Of a stretch of DNA of 64,000 nt, positions 56,757 through 64,000 are shown piece after piece. Below the pieces are notes generated by a model, which was not told the origin of the DNA, did not search any database, and worked only from the letters and a program-made list of their open reading frames with translations. A program made the position numbers and the translations under genes. The first letter of the stretch is position 1. Every line of letters starts with the position of its first letter. The stretch is from an uncultured Paraglaciecola sp. GTDB taxonomy: Bacteria > Pseudomonadota > Gammaproteobacteria > Enterobacterales > Alteromonadaceae. The stretch spans positions 10,222 to 74,221 of the forward strand of contig CANMKA010000019.1 of NCBI GenBank assembly GCA_947498355.1. The letters run 5' to 3'.

Positions 56757-59396
56757 TTATTTAGCTTTCTTTCTTTTGTCTTCAACCTGCCACTTATTAT
56801 TGCTGTACCAAGCTGACCAGCCCGAGGCCTTACCGTCCTCTTTTTCAGACATCACATATTGCTGCTTTGTCTTACGGCTGTATCTCACGATAGTCGGATT
56901 ACCATCAGGATCCGCTTGCGGCGCATCCGCTAAATAATAAAACTTAGGCGATATCCTATCTCTAAATCTGGCTAGCTCAGCAACCAAGGGCGCGCGAGTC
57001 TCGCGAGATTTAGGGAAATTATGCGCAGCCATAAATATACCTGATGCGCCATCTCTTAACATAAAGTGTGCATCTGACTTGGTGCAAGGTAATTCAGGCA
57101 AATCGACTGGGTCTTCTTTAGGTGGAGCTGGCTCACCGTTTCGTAATAGCTTGCGCGTATTCTTACATTCTTCGTTAGTACAACCAAAATACTTACCGAA
57201 ACGCCCGCTTTTTAGCTCCATGTTCGACGAGCACTTATCACACTCTAAAATGGGGCCTTCGTACCCCTTAATTTTAAAGGTGCCTGTTTCGACATAAACG
57301 CCCTCACAAGTCGGTGTATTACCACAAACATGCAGCTTACGTGTTTCGTCAACCAAGTAGCTGTCCATGGCAGTTCCGCATTTGTCACAGCGGCGTTTAG
57401 AGCGAAGCAATTCAGTTTCTAGTTCTTCTTCGTCATCCACTTTGACCACCTCGTCACCCGAGGTCAAATTCATGGTACCAGTACAACGCTCTTTTGGTGG
57501 TAAGTTGTAACCTGAACAGCCCAAAAATACCCCAGTGCTAGCCGTGCGTACATTCATAGGACGACTACAGGTTCCACATTCGATATCCGTAGGCACTGCT
57601 TGATTTAAGCGCATACCACCGTCTTCAGGTGGTTTTTCGGCTTGCTGTAACTTTTGCTCAAAATCAGCATAAAATTCGTTTAGCACTTGCTTCCAAGATG
57701 CGGTACCACCGGCTATTTCATCGAGCTTCTGCTCCATGTTCGCAGTAAAGTCATAGCTGATTAAATCATCAAAATTCTCGAGTAAGCGGTCGTTTACGAT
57801 TTCGCCCATTTTCTCAGCATAAAAACGTTTATTCTCGATGCGGGCATAGCCTCTGTCTTGAATAGTTGAGATAATACTTGCGTAAGTCGACGGTCGACCG
57901 ATGCCACGTTTTTCTAGCTCTTTTACCAAAGACGCTTCGTTAAATCGGGCAATAGGTTTAGTAAAGTGCTGCTTGGGATCCAAGGCTTTAAGGCTAAGGG
58001 TTTCGCCTTCTTTCACATCAGGCAACAATAAATCTTCGTCGCCTTTTTTGCGCTGTGGATTTTGTACTTTAGTCCAACCATCAAATTTAAGTACTCGGCC
58101 TTTGGCGGTGAGCTCAAACTGTTCAGCTTGAACCCGAATAGTGCTGGCATCATATTTTGCGTTAGTCATTTGGCATGCCACAAATTGACGCCAAATAAGC
58201 TCGTACAAACGCTGGGCATCTCGCTCAACTTCTGTCAGAGATTCAGATTTAACCATCACATTAGACGGACGGATCGCTTCGTGGGCCTCTTGTGCACCGT
58301 CTTTGCTACCATAAACAATTGGCGCTTTAGGCAAGTATTGAGTACCAAAATTATCGTCAATATAATCGCGGCAGCTGTTCACCGCTTCTTGGCTTAAATT
58401 CGTTGAATCGGTACGCATATAGGTAATATGACCAGCTTCGTATAAACGCTGGGCCATCATCATGGTTTTCTTTACGCCAAACCCGAGGCGGGTACTCGCA
58501 GCCTGTTGCAGGGTGGAGGTAATAAACGGCGCAGACGGTTTGCTTTGGGTCGGCCTAGACTCGCGGCTCACCACTTGATAATCGGCTTTGTTCAGAATTC
58601 CTAAGGCTTTATCTGTGTCTGCTTTGTTAGTGGGCTTGAAGGCCTTGCCGTTTTCTTTGGCGACTAACATTTTGAGTGACACTTTGCCTGCTGTGTCTAG
58701 ATTAGCGTGTACATCCCAGAATTCCTCTGGAACAAACGCTTTGATTTCGCGCTCTCGCTCAACTACTAGCCTCACAGCAACAGACTGCACTCGACCTGCT
58801 GACAAGCCCCGTGCAACCTTTTTCCAAAGTAAGGGCGATACCATAAAGCCCACAACTCGGTCTAAAAAGCGCCTTGCTTGTTGGGCATTAACCCGTTCAA
58901 TGTTCAGCTCGGTAGGTTTTGAAAACGCATCTTGAATGGCGTTTTTGGTGATCTCATTAAAAACCACCCGTTGGAATTCTTTGCCCGGCTCATCAATTAA
59001 CTCTCGCAAATGCCAAGCAATGGCTTCTCCTTCTCTATCCAAATCCGTTGCGAGGTAAACCGTGTCGGCATTTTTAGCTAATTTTTTTAGCTCGTTAACG
59101 ACCTTTTCTTTGCCAGTGAGGACATCGTAATGGGCTTGCCAATCGTTTTTAGGGTCAATACCCATCCTATCTACGAGTTTTTTATATTCATGTTCACGCA
59201 AATACTTTTCGCGTTTATTGTCGGATAAAAGCTTAAGCTCTTTTGCCGGCTTTTTAGGCGGCACTTTGCCCAACGCTTTATGTGGCAAATCGCGAACATG
59301 ACCAACACTAGACTTAACAACAAAGTTTTTGCCTAAGTATTTATTAATAGTTTTCGCCTTTGCCGGGGACTCGACAATGACCAGTGATTTTCCCAT
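56757..59396 (-). CDS. topA: DNA topoisomerase I
   Basis: 879 aa. TOPRIM ([13 protein letters not shown]), the active-site Tyr region ([10 protein letters not shown]), C-terminal zinc ribbons (CGTC, CDKC). Confidence 0.97.
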   Translation of the reverse strand: MGKSLVIVESPAKAKTINKYLGKNFVVKSSVGHVRDLPHKALGKVPPKKPAKELKLLSDNKREKYLREHEYKKLVDRMGIDPKNDWQAHYDVLTGKEKVVNELKKLAKNADTVYLATDLDREGEAIAWHLRELIDEPGKEFQRVVFNEITKNAIQDAFSKPTELNIERVNAQQARRFLDRVVGFMVSPLLWKKVARGLSAGRVQSVAVRLVVEREREIKAFVPEEFWDVHANLDTAGKVSLKMLVAKENGKAFKPTNKADTDKALGILNKADYQVVSRESRPTQSKPSAPFITSTLQQAASTRLGFGVKKTMMMAQRLYEAGHITYMRTDSTNLSQEAVNSCRDYIDDNFGTQYLPKAPIVYGSKDGAQEAHEAIRPSNVMVKSESLTEVERDAQRLYELIWRQFVACQMTNAKYDASTIRVQAEQFELTAKGRVLKFDGWTKVQNPQRKKGDEDLLLPDVKEGETLSLKALDPKQHFTKPIARFNEASLVKELEKRGIGRPSTYASIISTIQDRGYARIENKRFYAEKMGEIVNDRLLENFDDLISYDFTANMEQKLDEIAGGTASWKQVLNEFYADFEQKLQQAEKPPEDGGMRLNQAVPTDIECGTCSRPMNVRTASTGVFLGCSGYNLPPKERCTGTMNLTSGDEVVKVDDEEELETELLRSKRRCDKCGTAMDSYLVDETRKLHVCGNTPTCEGVYVETGTFKIKGYEGPILECDKCSSNMELKSGRFGKYFGCTNEECKNTRKLLRNGEPAPPKEDPVDLPELPCTKSDAHFMLRDGASGIFMAAHNFPKSRETRAPLVAELARFRDRISPKFYYLADAPQADPDGNPTIVRYSRKTKQQYVMSEKEDGKASGWSAWYSNNKWQVEDKRKKAK

Positions 59397-59791
59397 AGAT
59401 TGGTTTTAACCTTCGAATAATAGAAATTATTAGTGAGCAAATAACCACAACAAAGGCGGCCAGATACTCATTGCTTTTTTACATATATCTACAAAATGAC
59501 GAGAAAACAAGTTCTTATTCATACTTATCGAGTATTCAATATTTGGCTTTTCACAAACTTGGTGCAGTTTTTAAACAATACACTGGTTTAGAATTGCTGG
59601 TATTGGTAACTAAATAAATAAAACTCAAAAAATGCCATGAGTGCTGCTTCTAATCGATAAAAATCAGATAGCTAACATTGGGTATTACCCGACCAAGTTA
59701 CGGCCAACGCCGTACTGCTAAGAGCGGGTTAGCTCTATTAGTGATGGGTAACCCATATCAAACTAGTACAAATTCATAAATACTCACCAAT

Positions 59792-59826
59792 AAAAAACAA
59801 AACGTCCATAATTTGGACGTTTTTGT
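59792..59826 (-). terminator. Rho-independent (bidirectional) terminator
   Basis: AAAACGTCCA-taatt-TGGACGTTTT with T and A runs on both sides. Confidence 0.8.
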
Positions 59827-59830
59827 TCTA

Positions 59831-59879
59831 GTTTAGAGTTTAGAGTTTAGAGTTTAAAGTTTAGAGTTTAGAGTTTAGA
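59831..59879. repeat. Heptanucleotide tandem repeat (GTTTAGA)x7, one variant GTTTAAA
   Basis: Read directly. Lies between the stop of 59891..62086 and its terminator. Confidence 0.95.
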
Positions 59880-59890
59880 AAATACTCAGC

Positions 59891-62086
59891 TCAATTCGCG
59901 TCATTACAATTCATGCTTTGTCCGTAAGGACTATTCGGCGGCGGAGAGCCTTCAACTTGTAAATCTGCTGCCAGTACTTGTAGGCTGAATTGTTGGCTCT
60001 CTTCGGATTCACTTCCAGCCGATTCGCCTTGAACATGAATATCGACTTCTGCCCATCCACCAAACTGGATGGCATACAGTACGTCGATTAAGGCTTGGCC
60101 ATTGTCGTCTGTTATGGCTGAAGACGGAATAGAGACCACATTGCCCGGCGTAAGTTGACCGTCACCATTAACATCTTCTCCCTCATTCAAAATACCGTCA
60201 CCATTGATGTCTTCATTGGGGCACGTTACCGTGATGTTTTGAACCCATGCGTCCAAAATCGGATCCCAAAGCCAATTCCCCTTGTGATAAACCCCGCCTT
60301 GAATAAAAGCGACTGGCGGCGCGGCAAAGGTTAAATTCGCATTAGGTACAGGATTAGAGTCAGGGTCGGTCACAAATATCGAAAACTGTTTCGAATAAGA
60401 AGACGCTTGAGGCGCTTCTAATAAACGCCCTGTACCTATCGAAATATCAAAAGCTCTGTTTCCTACTGTGAGTAAAGTTGAGTCAGTTACCACTGGAGTA
60501 TCTGATACTGTGGCTTGCACTTCAACGGCTTCAAAACTGCTCACAGCATTAGATGTGTACACAGTAGATGCGATGCCACTGCGATCTGTAGTGCCTTGAT
60601 TTACCGATATACTGCCGCCACTCACATCATCGACCACAAAATTTACGACTTTTCCTTTAACCAAATTGCCGTTTGGATCTCTCACTACTGCGCTAATGGT
60701 AGCAGTTTGCCCGCTAGGCCCAATCGAATCAGGGGTAGCATCAACGATAATACTATGGGCTTGGGTTGCAACAAATTCAATTTGAGTACGAGCACTGACT
60801 AGCTCTCCATCGTTGTCGATACCAGTAGCCGAAACAGATGCAAACCCCGCATTGTCTGCCCGAATAGTAAATGACACCTGCCCCAAAGCGTCTGTCTGAG
60901 CACTTGCTTGGGCAATATCTCCTCTTGAAGCTGTCAAAGTAACATTACCATTGGCGAAAGGCTGGTTATCTTTAAGCCAAGTAAGGGTTAATCTTGCATC
61001 TTGCCCGAGGGCAATCGCATTATCGGGTATGGCACTAAATCCAAAGTCATCTTCTTGTACAACCAGTTCAAATTGCCCTGACACATTTAATGCACTAGCA
61101 GTAATGACATCCTCTCCCGCCGCACTAGCAGTATAATTAATCGTCACTTGGCCTGACTCTGTGGTAATTGGACGAATATTACTCAATGTGCCACTTGCAG
61201 CCGATACCGTTAAGACTTGGTTGGCAATGCCATTACCATCTGAGTCGGTCACGCTTAGCGTAATAGGCGCAGGATCATTGATAATTACCGAAGACGCGCC
61301 ATCTAGGGTAACTTGAGTTCCTACCACTTGGATATCCAAACTCTGACTCTCGAGTAAACCTGTAGCACTGACGTTAACCCGAATAACACGGTTTTCAGGT
61401 TGATTTAAGGTATTTAAGAACGCTCTAGCAATACCATCTGGGCCAGTTACGGCAACGTTACCGCCATTTGGCAGTTGTAAGTTGGCACCTTGATCTGCCG
61501 CAAAGGTCACATTGATATTTTCTAGGATGACGTTATTTCGATCTTTAACTAACGCCATTAACTCTATTTGGTCTGATCCACTCGATGCGAGTTGTAATGA
61601 ACTAGACAACAATTGCAAAGACGCAGGCCGAGCATTTTGTTGGGTAGTTCCCGTTGAGTCGAATGTCGTATTAGCCGTTTCTCCCGAGCTTAAGGTAGCA
61701 GTAATTTGCCCCGCGCCAGAATTCTCCCCAACCAGTAAATCTATACTTGCCGTACCCGTTGCGTTGGTGCGCGCTGTGCCTGAGTCATTACCAAAAACAG
61801 CTAAACCTTCTGGCTGCAAGGTAAAGGTGACTAGGGTATCGGCAATGGCTTGCCCTTGAGAATTGGTCGCTGTGACTGTGAGTCGTAAGGGACTTTGTTC
61901 AGACACTTGAGTCGCAACCATTCCATCTGAGACTTGAGTTAAGGTTAACCCTACACTGGTGGTCACGGGTTGGCTCGGGCTGGGGGTTGCATCAGTCCCT
62001 TCTCGCTCAATTCCCCCACCGCCACCGCCGCAGCTGGCTAACACAAATAAACACATCACAAAGACTGATTGACGACCAAAACTCAT
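59891..62086 (-). CDS. Surface lipoprotein with tandem bacterial Ig-like (Big_1/invasin-type) domains and C-terminal Ca-binding-type repeats
   Basis: Lipobox LASCGGGGGG. Repeated ~90-aa segments (G.A.a.l.s...G...vta). DINGDGILNEGEDVNGDGQ motif. Confidence 0.75.
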   Translation of the reverse strand: MSFGRQSVFVMCLFVLASCGGGGGGIEREGTDATPSPSQPVTTSVGLTLTQVSDGMVATQVSEQSPLRLTVTATNSQGQAIADTLVTFTLQPEGLAVFGNDSGTARTNATGTASIDLLVGENSGAGQITATLSSGETANTTFDSTGTTQQNARPASLQLLSSSLQLASSGSDQIELMALVKDRNNVILENINVTFAADQGANLQLPNGGNVAVTGPDGIARAFLNTLNQPENRVIRVNVSATGLLESQSLDIQVVGTQVTLDGASSVIINDPAPITLSVTDSDGNGIANQVLTVSAASGTLSNIRPITTESGQVTINYTASAAGEDVITASALNVSGQFELVVQEDDFGFSAIPDNAIALGQDARLTLTWLKDNQPFANGNVTLTASRGDIAQASAQTDALGQVSFTIRADNAGFASVSATGIDNDGELVSARTQIEFVATQAHSIIVDATPDSIGPSGQTATISAVVRDPNGNLVKGKVVNFVVDDVSGGSISVNQGTTDRSGIASTVYTSNAVSSFEAVEVQATVSDTPVVTDSTLLTVGNRAFDISIGTGRLLEAPQASSYSKQFSIFVTDPDSNPVPNANLTFAAPPVAFIQGGVYHKGNWLWDPILDAWVQNITVTCPNEDINGDGILNEGEDVNGDGQLTPGNVVSIPSSAITDDNGQALIDVLYAIQFGGWAEVDIHVQGESAGSESEESQQFSLQVLAADLQVEGSPPPNSPYGQSMNCNDAN

Positions 62087-62236
62087 AGTTTATTCCTTAA
62101 AAAAACCTTGTTACATCAAGGCAGACACCTATTTTAACAGTTTAGCTTAGGAGGCAATCTTGATACTCTAATTCCAAATACCCAGTGGTTACGCTATGTT
62201 AACCACAGAACAAAGACGTTGACCTTTAGGAACCCT

Positions 62237-63598
62237 ATGACTCAAGCCGATAAAAAGCCTCATTCAAGTCCAGCCAAATTAGGATTAACCGCTAGAATAT
62301 TCATCAGCATGATTGCTGGCATTGCCCTTGGCGTTGCACTCCAATTTGTCTTTGATGATAGCGGAGATTTCTTGTTTAGTGTATTTGGCATAGAAGTTTC
62401 GACGTATGCTGTTTTAGTCGATGGTATATTTAACGTAATCGGTAGTATTTTTATTGCCAGCTTAAAAATGCTAGTGGTACCTCTAGTATTCGTCTCTTTG
62501 GTGTGTGGGACCTCGAGTTTATCTGATCCATCCAAGCTTGGGCGACTCGGCGGAAAATCTATTTTGTTGTATATAGGTACAACCGCCATTGCTATCAGTT
62601 TAGCCGTTACCTTTGCCTTGCTAGTAGGCCCGGGTGAAGGCCTTAACCTCCCCTCAGAAAACACTTACCAAGCCAAGCAAGCCCCATCTCTTGGCCAAGT
62701 CATAATTAACATGATGCCAACCAACCCTATTAACGCCATGGCTGAAGGCAACATGCTGCAAATTATTGTGTTTTCTGTACTGTTTGGCGTTGCCATGTCT
62801 ATGACAGGTAGCGCAGGAAAAAGACTATCTGCGGTATTTGATGACTTAAGTGCCGTTATAATGAAACTCGTCACCATTTTAATGAACTTGGCCCCTTATG
62901 GCGTATTTGTTTTAATGGCTAAACTGTTTGCGACCATAGAGTTTTTAACTATACGTGCACTATTAACCTACTTCTTTTTGGTGTTGTTTGTACTGTTTGT
63001 ACACGCTCTGGTGTCTTACCCGATTATATTAAAAACCTTGAGTGGCTTAAACCCGCTGATATTACTCGTAAAAATGCGTGACGCCGCACTTTTTGCCTTT
63101 AGCACATCCAGTAGTAGCGCAACCTTACCGGTCACAATGGAAACCGCTACCAAAAAGTTGGGCGTCAAGTCCAGCGTTGCTTCTTTCACTGTCCCCTTAG
63201 GTTCAACCATCAACATGGATGGTACCGCCATCATGCAAGGCGTTGCTACGGTTTTTATTGCACAAGTCTATGCAGTGGATCTGACCCTCAGCGATTATCT
63301 AGTGGTAATAATGACAGCCACCCTTGCATCGATTGGCACGGCGGGCGTTCCAGGAGTAGGGTTAATTATGTTGGCTATGGTCTTACAGCAAGTTAACTTA
63401 CCTGTAGAAGGTATTGCCTTAATTATTGGGGTTGATCGCTTACTTGATATGACACGCACAGCCGTTAACGTGACAGGAGATTGTATGGTGGCTTGTATCG
63501 TTGGCAAGAGTGAAGGTGAGTTTGACGCAAAAACCTACGCAGATTTGGATGCAGGCAAAAAAAACGAAGAGCTCGACCTTAAAAAGACAAAAGAATAA
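62237..63598 (+). CDS. Dicarboxylate/amino acid:cation symporter (DAACS family)
   Basis: 453 aa from the ATG at 62237. Typical motifs (SSSATLP, NMDGTA, GVPG..., DRxxDMxRT). Confidence 0.88.
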   Translation: MTQADKKPHSSPAKLGLTARIFISMIAGIALGVALQFVFDDSGDFLFSVFGIEVSTYAVLVDGIFNVIGSIFIASLKMLVVPLVFVSLVCGTSSLSDPSKLGRLGGKSILLYIGTTAIAISLAVTFALLVGPGEGLNLPSENTYQAKQAPSLGQVIINMMPTNPINAMAEGNMLQIIVFSVLFGVAMSMTGSAGKRLSAVFDDLSAVIMKLVTILMNLAPYGVFVLMAKLFATIEFLTIRALLTYFFLVLFVLFVHALVSYPIILKTLSGLNPLILLVKMRDAALFAFSTSSSSATLPVTMETATKKLGVKSSVASFTVPLGSTINMDGTAIMQGVATVFIAQVYAVDLTLSDYLVVIMTATLASIGTAGVPGVGLIMLAMVLQQVNLPVEGIALIIGVDRLLDMTRTAVNVTGDCMVACIVGKSEGEFDAKTYADLDAGKKNEELDLKKTKE

Positions 63599-63752
63599 GC
63601 CAGTGCTGCAGTTGTAATCACTTTGACGGTAATGCCATCAACTAAAAAAAATCTAGATTAGAACAGCCAATATGTAATTCTGGTTTAACTCCAAAAAGGG
63701 CAGGCATAAATAATATCAATCTGTATAAGCTTGCCCTTTTTTGCCCCTCAGT

Positions 63753-64000
63753 TTAATGACCCAAGACGTTTGCTGGATTAATTCTGGCAGCCTTTATTGA
63801 GGGATACAAAGTCGCTAGCACACTTAAACCTAGGGCAATAGCTGCTGTAACATACACTTCATGCCAAACGAGTTGTGACGGTAAAAAGTCAATAAAGTAA
63901 ATATCACCTGATAAAAATTGAGTGCCTAGCAGGCCCTCAAGTGCCCGTGCGATATCGGCTAGATACAGAGCAGTAACAACACCTAAAATGACCCCGACAC
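63753..64000 (-). CDS. Lipoprotein-releasing ABC permease LolC/LolE family, C-terminal fragment (5' end beyond the window)
   Basis: Manual translation gives ...LEGLLGTQFLSGDIYFIDFLPSQLVWHEVYVTAAIALGLSVLATLYPSIKAARINPANVLGH*. It closely resembles the E. coli LolE C-terminus as I recall it. Confidence 0.7.
   Translation of the reverse strand, partial: VGVILGVVTALYLADIARALEGLLGTQFLSGDIYFIDFLPSQLVWHEVYVTAAIALGLSVLATLYPSIKAARINPANVLGH

Noticed and set aside
62185-62206. 7-bp inverted repeat GTGGTTA-N8-TAACCAC in the symporter leader
   Set aside because: Short enough to arise by chance, and I recognise no known operator consensus.

Overview
No searches were run; all family calls come from motifs read by eye. 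Coordinates of non-ORF features may be off by 1-2 nt.

The window looks like a chromosomal segment of a marine gammaproteobacterium. The gene content looks Alteromonadales-like (prfB-lysS, topA, rimK, a lolC/E fragment, several TonB-dependent receptors, many c-di-GMP proteins), but that placement is an inference.

The right part (~47-64 kb) is mostly housekeeping: lysS, prfB with its programmed +1 frameshift, an MscS-like channel, the rimK cluster, a Na+/H+ antiporter, rof, DUF2058, topA, an Ig-like lipoprotein, a DAACS symporter and a lolC/E fragment.

The left ~47 kb is accessory-like:
1. An ABC-2/DUF3526 operon preceded by two Zur-box-like palindromes. Its second permease is frameshifted.
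2. An ECF sigma / FecR-LamG anti-sigma pair.
3. An RsbQ/KAI2-type alpha/beta hydrolase translationally coupled to a PAS-GGDEF cyclase.
4. A FecI/FecR/STN-TonB-receptor signalling trio.
5. A tightly packed 10.4-kb, seven-gene type I R-M operon: WYL regulator, hsdM, truncated DUF1016 gene, hsdS, 477-aa unknown, Fic, hsdR.
6. A rhamnosidase / BNR4-propeller cluster.
7. A periplasmic-binding-protein / histidine kinase / TonB receptor unit, followed by two overlapping citrate-synthase-fold proteins that appear to lack the catalytic residues. A TPP enzyme and a REC-REC-PAS-GGDEF-EAL protein lie alongside.
8. A REP-like hairpin family (GGATTCC...GGAATGACG). It includes a tandem array of ~200-237-bp units and one copy sitting in frame inside hsdM.

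Best candidates for undescribed biology:
- the Fic + 477-aa pair embedded between hsdS and hsdR;
- the degenerate citrate-synthase-fold pair attached to the TonB receptor / kinase module;
- the RsbQ-like hydrolase / PAS-GGDEF pair.

I found no rRNA, tRNA, CRISPR array, transposase or integrase.
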